DNA of 64,000 bases from Alphaproteobacteria bacterium (GTDB taxonomy: Bacteria > Pseudomonadota > Alphaproteobacteria > GCA-2731375). Made by a program: the position numbers and the translations under genes. How positions within the stretch are numbered: position 1 is the first letter of the stretch; each line of letters opens with the position of its first letter. Under the pieces are notes generated by a model. It had not been told where the DNA came from. It saw nothing but the letters and a program-made list of their open reading frames with translations, and did not search any database. The DNA is taken from assembly GCA_965232515.1 (NCBI GenBank), contig CBDDPY010000002.1, positions 6,752,001-6,816,000 on the forward strand, written 5' to 3'. This document shows, piece by piece, positions 22,313 to 30,840 of the stretch.

Positions 22313-22413
22313 GAATTACGGTGATTGTGCATTTGTTCTTTCGGAAAGTATGCGAAAAATCACCCGGTCGGTTAGATTACGGTGACAGTTTACGGATTGC
22401 GACGACAGTCTAT
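22313..22413 (+). repeat. Further copies of the ATTACGGTGACAG repeat (one degenerate, plus a 20-bp tandem pair)
   Basis: GAATTACGGTGATTGTGCA at 22313, GATTACGGTGACAGTTTAC at 22375 and GATTGCGACGACAGTCTAT at 22395. Confidence 0.6.
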
Positions 22414-22501
22414 TAAGTCACCCTCTGATTTGTGCCGACGGTTGACGGTTCGTGACGCAAGCGCGGCCGACCACGGCGCGTGACGGTGCGGGTAGCGTGA
22501 G

Positions 22502-23359
22502 ATGCCGCGAATTGTGATTGCGACGACGGACGATCATCTTGCGCTCGACCGGTCCGACGCCCTGTTCCGTGACGCGCTTGTGCGACTGGGCGCCGATGTG
22601 CACGTGGCGTCATGGCGCGGGGCGGGCATGTGGACGGCGGTCGGGGCCGGCGATGCGCTGGTCGTGCGGTCGGTCTGGGATTATCCCGAACATCCCGCCG
22701 CGTTCGCGGACTGGCTCGAACGGCTGTCGCGGCTCGACAAGCCAGTTATGAACCCGCCCGCGTTGATGCGCTGGAACGCGGACAAGACGTATCTGCTCGA
22801 CCTCGGCCGGCGCGGGGTGCCGACGCCGCGAACCGCCGCCGTCCGCTCGGCCGACGAGCTCGCCGCCGCGTTCGCGGCGATCCAGGACGACACGGGCGTG
22901 ATCAAGCCCTGCGTGGGCGGGAGCGGCCGGGATGTAGAGAAGGTCGATCTCGCCGGCGCCCAGGCTTACCTGAACCGGAACGCAGCCGACGGACGCCGGT
23001 TTCTCCTGCAGGAGATGCTGCCCGAGATCGCGGCGGGCGAACTGTCTTTCGTCTTCATCGGCGGCAGGCACACGCATACGGTCCGCTCGCGCCCGGCCAG
23101 CGGCGACTTCCGCGTGAACAGTCAGTACGGGCCGTCCGATATCGCCTTGTTCCACGCGCCGACGGATCTGGTGGCGCAGGCCGCGGTGGTGGTGTCCCTG
23201 CTGCCGAGCCCGCCGACCTATGCGCGGATCGACGGCGTTGTCCGCGACGGCCGGTTCATCTGCCTCGAAGCCGAGGTCATTGACCCAACGCTGTTCCTGC
23301 ATCTGCACCCGCCGGCTGCCGAACGTCTGGCCGAGGCGGTCCTGGCCGAGGTCGCATAG
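22502..23359 (+). CDS. ATP-grasp protein (RimK / glutathione synthetase-like)
   Basis: VVRSVWDY, RWNADKTYLLDL, VIKPCVG, GDFRVNSQYG and YARIDGV...LEAEVIDP. Confidence 0.85.
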   Translation: MPRIVIATTDDHLALDRSDALFRDALVRLGADVHVASWRGAGMWTAVGAGDALVVRSVWDYPEHPAAFADWLERLSRLDKPVMNPPALMRWNADKTYLLDLGRRGVPTPRTAAVRSADELAAAFAAIQDDTGVIKPCVGGSGRDVEKVDLAGAQAYLNRNAADGRRFLLQEMLPEIAAGELSFVFIGGRHTHTVRSRPASGDFRVNSQYGPSDIALFHAPTDLVAQAAVVVSLLPSPPTYARIDGVVRDGRFICLEAEVIDPTLFLHLHPPAAERLAEAVLAEVA

Positions 23360-23378
23360 CCGGTTGCGTGTGTGCGCC

Positions 23379-23771
23379 TCAGTACTCCGCGTAGATCTCG
23401 ATGACGTTGTCCTCGGGATCGCGGAAGAAGAGGGTGCGGTGGCGCCAGGCGGGGAGGTCGGTTGGCGGCCGGGCGATGGTGACGCCTTTCGCGACGAGTT
23501 CGTCGTGGCAGGCGTCGACGGCGGGGGGCGGCACGCGGAAGGCGAGCTGGACCGCGGCCGAGCCGGGTGTGGCCGGACCGTCATCGCCGGCAGGGGAGGG
23601 GCCGCGCGGGCGGAGCGTGAGGAGCGTCGCGCCGACGCGGAAGCTGACCCAGTTTTCGGAATCGTATTCGACGGCGAAGCCCATCACGTCTTCGTAGAAG
23701 CGGCGCGTCTCGGCCATGTTCCGGCAGAGCAGGACGATGTAGTCGCAGTTGTGGATGTCCTTAAGGCTCAT
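23379..23771 (-). CDS. VOC / glyoxalase family protein
   Basis: RRFYEDVMGF and HRTLFFRDPEDNVIEIYAE. Confidence 0.88.
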   Translation of the reverse strand: MSLKDIHNCDYIVLLCRNMAETRRFYEDVMGFAVEYDSENWVSFRVGATLLTLRPRGPSPAGDDGPATPGSAAVQLAFRVPPPAVDACHDELVAKGVTIARPPTDLPAWRHRTLFFRDPEDNVIEIYAEY

Positions 23772-24021
23772 TCAGGGCTCCCGCTGTTTACGTTGCGCGA
23801 TTAAGGGACGCCGGTGGTTCCGCGTCGCTGGTGTCCGCAAGCTATCACCGACCTCGCGAATTGTGGCGATTGGCGCCGGGCGTGATCGCGGGCGTCGGTT
23901 GACCGGTGTTTCGCTATCCCGTTAAGTGAAAAAATGAACGGACGGTTTCGGCCTTCCGCCCACCACCTATTTCCTTGATGCCGCACCTGGCGTCACGGCC
24001 ATCTCCGAGGACGGTAACAGC

Positions 24022-25371
24022 TTGTCCAGCGCGCACGCTTCCGCCACGCAACTGTTGCTCGACGGGCCCGTCGCGACGGTGCTGTGGCGGCTGGCGACGC
24101 CGAATGTCTTTGCCGTGGCGACGATGACGGCGGTGACGTTTGCCGACGCCTGGTATGTCGGGCAGCTGGGCACGGCGGCCTTGGCCAGCCTGGCGCTGGC
24201 GTTTCCGTTTCTGACTTTGATGCAGATGATGGCGGGCGGCGCCATCGGCGGCGGCGTTACGTCGGCGGTGGCGCGGGCGCTTGGCGCTGGGGCCATCGAC
24301 CGGGCGGAAAGCGCGGCCTGGCATGCGGTGCTGATCGCGGTGGCGATGTCCGGAGTGTTCATGGTTCTGCTGGGCCTGTTCGCGCGGCCGATCTTCGCGT
24401 TGCTGGGCGGGGAAGGGGTGGCGCTTGACGGCGCCGTCGCCTACGCCCGGGTTACGTTCGGCGGGGCGGCGGCGATCTGGTTCGTCTTCGTGTTGTCGGC
24501 GATCCAGCGGGGCACCGGCGATACGGCGACGCCGGCCCGCGCCATCGCCACGGCCAGCATCGTGCAGGTCGTGTTGTCGGGCGCGCTGACGCTCGGCTGG
24601 TTCGGCCTGCCGCGCCTCGGCGTCGCGGGCGCGGCGACCGCGATGGTTCTGTGCCAGGGCGCGGCGGCGGCCTATCTCGCGCTGCATCTGGTGCACGGCA
24701 AGGGCCGTTTGCGGTTGCGGCCGCACGCGCTTCAGTGGCCGCCGGTCCGCGACATCATGAATGTCGGCGGCATTGGTCTCATCAACAGCTTCTGCATGGC
24801 CATGACGGTGGTGGTCGTCACGGGGTTCGTCGGCCGGTACGGGACCGAGGCGCTGGCCGGCTATGGCCTGGGGGCGCGGCTGGAACTGATGCTGGTGCCG
24901 ATCGCCTTCGGCGTGGGCGCGGCCCTGACGGCGGCGGTCGGTATCAATGTGGGCGCCGAGCAGTTCGCCCGCGCCCGGCGCATCGCCTGGGCCGGCGCCG
25001 GCGTCACGTTGGCGCTGACCGGTCTGTTGGGGGTGGGCGCGGCGATGATGCCCAGCCTCTGGCTCGATCTGTTCACGGCGGACCCCGATGCCTATGCCTT
25101 CGGTGTGCTTTATCTCGCGATCGCGGCGCCGTTCTACGGCCTGTTCGGCGCGGGCCAGGCGCTCTATTTCGCGAGCCAGGGCACCGGCCGCATGGGCTGG
25201 CCGGTCGTTGTCTCGGTGATCCGGTTTCTGACGGTATCGGCCATCGGCGCGCTCGCCGTGTCGTTCGCCTGGAGCGTCGACACGTTGTTTGCGGCCGTCG
25301 CGGTCGGGCTGACCATCATGGGGGTGGGGCAGGGGCTTTGTCTTCTGGGGCCGGGCTGGCGCGGCGGCTGA
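24022..25371 (+). CDS. MATE family efflux transporter
   Basis: LWRLATP, YVGQLGTAALA, RGTGDTATP and ALAGYGLGARLE. Confidence 0.9.
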   Translation: MSSAHASATQLLLDGPVATVLWRLATPNVFAVATMTAVTFADAWYVGQLGTAALASLALAFPFLTLMQMMAGGAIGGGVTSAVARALGAGAIDRAESAAWHAVLIAVAMSGVFMVLLGLFARPIFALLGGEGVALDGAVAYARVTFGGAAAIWFVFVLSAIQRGTGDTATPARAIATASIVQVVLSGALTLGWFGLPRLGVAGAATAMVLCQGAAAAYLALHLVHGKGRLRLRPHALQWPPVRDIMNVGGIGLINSFCMAMTVVVVTGFVGRYGTEALAGYGLGARLELMLVPIAFGVGAALTAAVGINVGAEQFARARRIAWAGAGVTLALTGLLGVGAAMMPSLWLDLFTADPDAYAFGVLYLAIAAPFYGLFGAGQALYFASQGTGRMGWPVVVSVIRFLTVSAIGALAVSFAWSVDTLFAAVAVGLTIMGVGQGLCLLGPGWRGG

Positions 25372-25404
25372 TCCGGACGCAATCCCTGAGCCGAGAGCGG
25401 CGGG

Positions 25405-26964
25405 TCAGCGGAGCCGGGCGAGGCCGTTGGCGAGGATGCGGCGCTTGTGTTCGGGGAAGTCGAAGGCGCGGCGGAAATCGGCTTCCGAGAAGTCGGGCCA
25501 CTGCCGGTGGAGACGGGCGAGGATGCGGCGGCCTTCGTCGAGGCGGCCGGCGAGGCCCTGGCAGCAGGCCGCCATGAACAGCACATGCGCATGCGCCTCG
25601 GCGGCGCCGGCGGCCTGCGCGGCGTAGTCGGCGGCGGTGTCGTAGTCGCCCCGCGCGACGGCGTGGCCGGCATAGGCGATCTGGTAGGCGAACAGCAGCG
25701 GGTCGTAGGGCGAGAGGCGGCAGGCGCGGTCGAGATGCTGGATGCCGAGGTCATGTTCGCCGGAGAACTGCAGCACGTTGCCGTAGGCGAAATGGCCGTT
25801 GGCGAAGTTGGCGGCGAGCTCGGTGGTGGTGCGTAGCGTCGCGATCGCCGCCGGATAGTCCTGGGCCAGCATCTGCGCGCGGCCGAGCACCCAGTGGCCG
25901 TGCGGCTCGAGCGGGTCGAGGCTGAGCGCCTCGCGGGCATGTTCGAAGGCGCGGGCGAGCGCGGCGTCGCGGTCTGATGTGAAGCCGAGCAGCGCGCGCT
26001 GCCAGTGCACGAAGGAGCGGGCGGCGGCGATCCGGGCCGAGGCGGGGTCCGCGGCGCCGGCCCGGTCGAGCAGGGTTTGGGCGCGGTCGAGGCCGTCCCC
26101 GCGGAAGCTGAACATGTGCGGATGGGCGCGGTGGAAGAGCGTCCAGGCGTCGAGCGCGGTGATCGGCTGCCGCATGGCGCGGCGGCGCTCGGTGCGGTCG
26201 ATCTCGCTCTCGACGGCGGCGGCCACGCGGTCGGTCACGTCGAGCTGCATGACCGGCATGTCGTCGAGCGGGTGATCGAAGCGGTCGGCCCAGACCGTCT
26301 GCCCGGTCGTGGCGTCGAGCAGCGAGAGATCGAGCGACAACCGGCGCGGCGCGAAGGTGGCGCAGCCGTCGAGCAGGTAGCGGACGCCGAGCGCGCGGGC
26401 GATGGGGGCCGGATCGCGGGTCTCGCGCCACAGCACCGAGACCGAGCCGCGGGCGGTGACGAAGAGCCAGCGGATGCGGGCGAGCGCGATATTGACGTCG
26501 CGCGCGATCGCCTCCTCGGCGCCGGGGTGAAGCGACGCGTCGCCCGCCCGCTCGAACGGCAGCACGGCGATGGACGGCCGCGTCGGCAGCGGCAGGCCCG
26601 CGGGCGCCTCGGGCGGGCTCGCCGGCACGGCGGCCGGCGATGGCGGCGTCTCGTCGAGACGGGTGACGGGCGGCACCAGGCGGAGGCCGCGGCGCGGCGC
26701 GGTCGCGATCAGGCGCTGCGCGCGACCGCTGTCGCCAAGCGCGCGCCGGGCGCGGCTGACGCAGGCGTCGATGGCGGCTTCCGACACGACGCGGCCGTGC
26801 CAGAGGCGCTCGACCAGCACCGCGCGGGGCACGAGCTCGCCGCCATGCTCCGCCAGCAGGCACAACAGGTCGAAGACCTTCGGCTCGACGGCGGTCTCCG
26901 CCGCGCCGACGCGCAGCCGGTGGCGCTCGGTGTCGAGTTCGCAATGACCGAAACGATAGATCAC
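25405..26964 (-). CDS. One-component regulator: OmpR/ToxR-type winged helix + TolB-like (RPSIAVLPF) + TPR, paralog 1
   Basis: MIYRFGHCELD, VEPKVFDLL, RARRALGDSGRAQRLIAT.PRRG, PSIAVLPF and RLSPYDP. Confidence 0.88.
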   Translation of the reverse strand: MIYRFGHCELDTERHRLRVGAAETAVEPKVFDLLCLLAEHGGELVPRAVLVERLWHGRVVSEAAIDACVSRARRALGDSGRAQRLIATAPRRGLRLVPPVTRLDETPPSPAAVPASPPEAPAGLPLPTRPSIAVLPFERAGDASLHPGAEEAIARDVNIALARIRWLFVTARGSVSVLWRETRDPAPIARALGVRYLLDGCATFAPRRLSLDLSLLDATTGQTVWADRFDHPLDDMPVMQLDVTDRVAAAVESEIDRTERRRAMRQPITALDAWTLFHRAHPHMFSFRGDGLDRAQTLLDRAGAADPASARIAAARSFVHWQRALLGFTSDRDAALARAFEHAREALSLDPLEPHGHWVLGRAQMLAQDYPAAIATLRTTTELAANFANGHFAYGNVLQFSGEHDLGIQHLDRACRLSPYDPLLFAYQIAYAGHAVARGDYDTAADYAAQAAGAAEAHAHVLFMAACCQGLAGRLDEGRRILARLHRQWPDFSEADFRRAFDFPEHKRRILANGLARLR

Positions 26965-27023
26965 GGGCGGCCTCGGATAGCACGAAATGGCCGGACCGGA
27001 AACAAGATCGGGTTGCGTCGGCG

Positions 27024-27057
27024 AAATGTCAGAAATCCGTCAGGTCGTTGTTGAGCG
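27024..27057 (+). promoter_or_regulatory. Putative wHTH operator, copy 1 (three 11-bp-spaced direct repeats)
   Basis: AAA-TGTCAG-N5-CGTCAG-N5-TGTTGAGCG. Confidence 0.65.
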
Positions 27058-27096
27058 TGTATTCCGCTTGCGCGGAATTTGCGCCGGCCCGGCGGC

Positions 27097-28650
27097 TCAG
27101 TTCAGGCGGGCGAGGCCGTCGGCGAGCGCGCGGCGCTGGGGTTCGGGGTAGGCGTAGGCGCGTGCGAAGTCGGCTTGGCCGAAGTCCCGATGCCGGTCGC
27201 GAAGGCGGGCGAGCATGCGGCGGCCGGCGTCGACGCGGCCGGCGAGGCCCTGACAGCAGGCGGCCATGAACAGCACGTAGGCGTGCGCCTCGGCGTCGGC
27301 GGCGGCCTGGGCGGCGTGGTCCGCGGCCGCGTCGTGGTCGCCCCGGGCCAGCGCGTGGCCGGCATAGGCGATCTGATTGGCGAACATCAGCGGGTCGTAG
27401 GGCGACAGCCGGCAGGCGCGGTCGAGATGCGCGATGCCGAGGTCGTGGTCGCCCGAGAACTGCAGCACGTTGCCGTAGGCGGCGTGGCCGTTGGCGAAGC
27501 TGGCGGCGAGCTCGGTCGTGGTGCGCAGCGTCGCGGCCGCCGCCGGGTAATTCTGGGTCAGCATCTGCGCGCGGCCGAGCACCCAGGGGCCGGTGGGCTC
27601 GAGCGGGTCGAGGTGAAGCGCCTCGCGCGCATGCTCGAAGGCGCGGGCGAGCGCGGCCTTGCGGTCGGCGGCGTGGCCGAAGAGCGCGCGCTGCCGCTGG
27701 ACGAACGAGCGGGCGGCGGCGATCCGCGCCGACGTGGGATCGGCGGCGGCGGCCCGGTCGAGCAGCGCCTGCGCGCGGTCGAGGGCGTCGCCGCGAACGT
27801 CGAACAGGTGCGGGTGGGCGCGGTGAAACAGCGTCCAGGCGTCGAGCGCGGCGATCGGCTGTTGCATGGCGCGGCGGCGCTCGGTGCGGTCGATCTCACT
27901 GACGACGGCGGCGGCGACCCGCTCGCTGACGTCGAACGGCAGGATCGGCATGTCGTCGCGCGGGTGATCGAAACGGTCGGCCCAGACCGTCTCTCCGGTC
28001 GTGGCATCCAGTAGCGAGAGGTCGAGCGACAACCGGCGCGGCGCGAACCTGGCGCGGCCGTCGAGCAGGTAACGGACGCCGAGCGCGCGGGCGATGCGGG
28101 CGGGATCGTGGGTCTGCCGCCACAGCACCGAGACCGAGGCGCGGGCGGTGACGAAGAGCCAGCGGATGCGCGAGAGCGCAATGGTGACGTCGCGTGCAAT
28201 TGCGTCTTCGGCGCCCGGGTCGATCGATGCGTCGCCCGCCCGTTCGAAGGGCAGGACGGCGATGGACGGCCGCGCCGACGGCGGCAGATCCCGCGGCGGC
28301 TCCCGCGGGCTCTCCGGCGTCGACGGCGGCCGCGTCTGGCCGATGCGGACGACCGGCGGCACAAGGCGCAGGCCGCGCCGGGGCACGGTTTCGATCAGGC
28401 GCTGCGCGCGGCCGCTGTCGCCGACGGCCCGCCGGGCGCGGCTGATGCAGGCGTCAACGGCGGCCGCCGTGACGATCCGCCCCTGCCAGAGGCGCTCGAT
28501 CAGCGACGCGCGGGAGACGAGGTCGCCGCCGTGCTCGGCCAGCAGGCACAGCAGGTCGAAGATCTTCGGCTCGACGGCGGCGTCCGCCGCGCCGACGCGC
28601 AGCCGGCGGCGCCCGGTGTCGAGCTCGCAAGGGCCGAAACGATAGATCAC
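27097..28650 (-). CDS. One-component regulator: winged helix + TolB-like + TPR, paralog 2
   Basis: Closely similar to 25405-26964 over its full length, including the upstream region. Confidence 0.88.
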   Translation of the reverse strand: MIYRFGPCELDTGRRRLRVGAADAAVEPKIFDLLCLLAEHGGDLVSRASLIERLWQGRIVTAAAVDACISRARRAVGDSGRAQRLIETVPRRGLRLVPPVVRIGQTRPPSTPESPREPPRDLPPSARPSIAVLPFERAGDASIDPGAEDAIARDVTIALSRIRWLFVTARASVSVLWRQTHDPARIARALGVRYLLDGRARFAPRRLSLDLSLLDATTGETVWADRFDHPRDDMPILPFDVSERVAAAVVSEIDRTERRRAMQQPIAALDAWTLFHRAHPHLFDVRGDALDRAQALLDRAAAADPTSARIAAARSFVQRQRALFGHAADRKAALARAFEHAREALHLDPLEPTGPWVLGRAQMLTQNYPAAAATLRTTTELAASFANGHAAYGNVLQFSGDHDLGIAHLDRACRLSPYDPLMFANQIAYAGHALARGDHDAAADHAAQAAADAEAHAYVLFMAACCQGLAGRVDAGRRMLARLRDRHRDFGQADFARAYAYPEPQRRALADGLARLN

Positions 28651-28708
28651 GGGCGCCCCCGTACGGTTGAAGCGGGCGGTCTGGAAACATGAACGGGGTG
28701 CGGCGGCG

Positions 28709-28742
28709 AAATGTCAGGCAATCGCAAGGTCATTGTCAAGCG
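28709..28742 (+). promoter_or_regulatory. Putative wHTH operator, copy 2
   Basis: AAA-TGTCAG-N5-CGCAAG-N5-TGTCAAGCG. Confidence 0.65.
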
Positions 28743-28866
28743 CAGCGCCGCCTTGCGGGCTAGCCTCGCTGCGATACCGGCCGCCGGGCCTCAGGCATGG
28801 CCGGCCCGAATGTCTTCAAGTCGGTTGAGATATACAGAAGCAAAACAAATAAAAATTGAACAAGAA

Positions 28867-28900
28867 AAATGTCAGGGCTCCGTAAGGTCGTTGTCAAGCG
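28867..28900 (+). promoter_or_regulatory. Putative wHTH operator, copy 3, preceded by an A-rich UP-like tract
   Basis: AAA-TGTCAG-N5-CGTAAG-N5-TGTCAAGCG about 60 bp upstream of the first array gene. Confidence 0.65.
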
Positions 28901-28958
28901 GCGGGCCGGGGGGCGGCTTAGGGTCCGCACCAGATGTACCAACTGGAGATTTTGCGTG

Positions 28959-29636
28959 ATGTACGAAAACCGATACCGCGATGGGCGTCCCGGCGCCCTG
29001 CGTAAGCGGCTGTTGCGCCATATGGGACGGCTCCTGGCCGTTCCCGCCGCGGCGCTTGCCTTCCTCGCCACGCCGGCGGCGGCGATCACCTACCAGATCG
29101 ATCTCGATTTCGGCGGCGGGGCATTCCTGACCGGCAGCATCGAGACCGACGGCACGCTGGGCGCGTTCGACGGGTTGGGCGAATTCGTCGACTGGTCGCT
29201 CGACATCTCGGACGGCGTCAACACTGGCTCGTTTGATGGCAGCGACCAGTATCTCTACAGCAGCACGGTCGCCGGAGATCCCGGCGCCTGGTTCGCAACC
29301 GAGACGTCGCTGAGCTTCGATTTCGTCAATCTGTTCGGCGCCGAGGCGGCATTTGCCAAATCGACCGGAGACTTCTTTCCGCAGATCGGGTTCTGCGCCG
29401 TCGACGTCCCCTGTCCCAGTGTCGCCGCCGGCCTCGGCCCGGCGGTCACGATGATCTTTAATCTTCCGAACCAGGACCCGAACCAGGCCATCACGAGCTT
29501 CGGTTTCGACCGGGCGCTGATCACGGTCGGCGAGGCGGCGCCGGTGTCGCTGCCGGGCACGCTGCCGCTGATGCTGGGCGCGCTCGGCCTCGGCTGGCTC
29601 TGCTGCCGGCCGCGAGCGGCGAGGGCGGCGGCATGA
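28959..29636 (+). CDS. Secreted surface protein with PEP-CTERM/VPLPA-like C-terminal sorting signal, array copy 1
   Basis: Signal peptide ending TPAAA; tail APVSLPGTLPLMLGALGLGWLCCRPRAAR; RBS GGAG. Confidence 0.8.
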   Translation: MYENRYRDGRPGALRKRLLRHMGRLLAVPAAALAFLATPAAAITYQIDLDFGGGAFLTGSIETDGTLGAFDGLGEFVDWSLDISDGVNTGSFDGSDQYLYSSTVAGDPGAWFATETSLSFDFVNLFGAEAAFAKSTGDFFPQIGFCAVDVPCPSVAAGLGPAVTMIFNLPNQDPNQAITSFGFDRALITVGEAAPVSLPGTLPLMLGALGLGWLCCRPRAARAAA

Positions 29637-30241
29637 GACGACCCCTGACTGTTCTCGCCGCCGCTCTGGCGCTCCTGACGACACCGGCGGCGGCGATCAC
29701 CTACAACATCGATTTCGATTTCGGTGGCGGCGCGTTCCTGACCGGCACGATCGAAACCGACGGCACGCTGGGCGTGTTCGACGGCGATGGCGAGTTTCTG
29801 AGTTGGTCTTTCGACTTCTCCGACGGCGTCAACAACGGCTCGCTTCAGGATCCCGACATCTACCAGTACTCGAGCCTGATCGCGGGCGATCCGGGGGCCT
29901 GGTTCGCCACCGAGACGTCACTGAGTTTCGACTTCGCCCATCCCGACGCCGGGCGGGCGATATTTGTCGAAGCGACCGGAGATGGCTTGCCGCAGATCGG
30001 ATTCTGCTCCGTCAACGCATTCTGCCCGCCCGCGCCCGGTGCACACCTCGTGATGATCCTTGTCGATGCGACATCGCCAACAAATCAGGTCGTCCAGACG
30101 CCTTTCGACTTCGACCGGGACCTGGTCGCGATCGGCGAGGCCGCGCCAGTGTCGCTGCCCGGGACGTTGCCGCTGATGCTGGGAGCGCTCGGTTTCGGCT
30201 GGCTCTGCTGCCGGAGCCAGGTACGGAGGGCAGCGAAATGA
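29633..30241 (+). CDS. PEP-CTERM-like surface protein, array copy 2
   Basis: Paralog; ATGA overlap; tail VSLPGTLPLMLGALGFGWLCCRSQVRR. Confidence 0.8.
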   Translation: MRRPLTVLAAALALLTTPAAAITYNIDFDFGGGAFLTGTIETDGTLGVFDGDGEFLSWSFDFSDGVNNGSLQDPDIYQYSSLIAGDPGAWFATETSLSFDFAHPDAGRAIFVEATGDGLPQIGFCSVNAFCPPAPGAHLVMILVDATSPTNQVVQTPFDFDRDLVAIGEAAPVSLPGTLPLMLGALGFGWLCCRSQVRRAAK

Positions 30242-30840
30242 AGAGGCGTCTGACCGTTCTTGCCGCTGCCTTGGCGCTCCTGACGACCCCAGCGGCGGCG
30301 ATCACCTACACGCTCGACTTCGATTTCGGCGGCGGCGCGTTTCTGACCGGTACGATTGAGACCGACGGCACGCTCGGGGCCTTCGACGGCGTGGGCGAGT
30401 TCGTGGCCTGGTCGTTGTCCGTATCGGACGGCGTCGAGAGCGGCGACATCGTCGGCGACGCGTTGGGGACAAACTACATCTATACGGACGCCTCGTCGGG
30501 GGGGACCCCCTGGCATGCGACGGAAACCAGCCTCAGCTTCGATTTCGGTGATGAGATTTCGGCGGCGGGCGCGTTTTTCGACGCTGTATCGGAATTTCCG
30601 CAAGTCGGTTTCTGTACGCCGCTGCACACATGCCCGTCAGTGCACGGACCGGGGATCAGCATTCTGTTCGAGATGGTGAGCGGTACAGACCTGCCCCCGT
30701 TCTTCGCGTTCGAACCGGAAGTGTTCGTGGTCGGCGAGGTGGCGCCGGTGTCGGCGCCGGGCACGCTGCCGCTGATGCTGGGCGCGCTCGGGCTCGGCTG
30801 GCTCTGCTGCCGGCCCCAAGCTGGGAGGGCGGCGGCATGA
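30238..30840 (+). CDS. PEP-CTERM-like surface protein, array copy 3
   Basis: Paralog starting MKRRLTVL; ATGA overlap; tail VSAPGTLPLMLGALGLGWLCCRPQAGR. Confidence 0.8.
   Translation: MKRRLTVLAAALALLTTPAAAITYTLDFDFGGGAFLTGTIETDGTLGAFDGVGEFVAWSLSVSDGVESGDIVGDALGTNYIYTDASSGGTPWHATETSLSFDFGDEISAAGAFFDAVSEFPQVGFCTPLHTCPSVHGPGISILFEMVSGTDLPPFFAFEPEVFVVGEVAPVSAPGTLPLMLGALGLGWLCCRPQAGRAAA

Noticed and set aside
20720-22420. Classical integron cassette array
   Set aside because: No intI, no convincing attC (RYYYAAC...GTTRRRY) sites, and the two genes are convergent
29548-29562. LPGT read as a sortase LPxTG motif
   Set aside because: The sequence is LPGTL, copy 3 has APGTL, and the host is a diderm; the layout fits exosortase-type signals better
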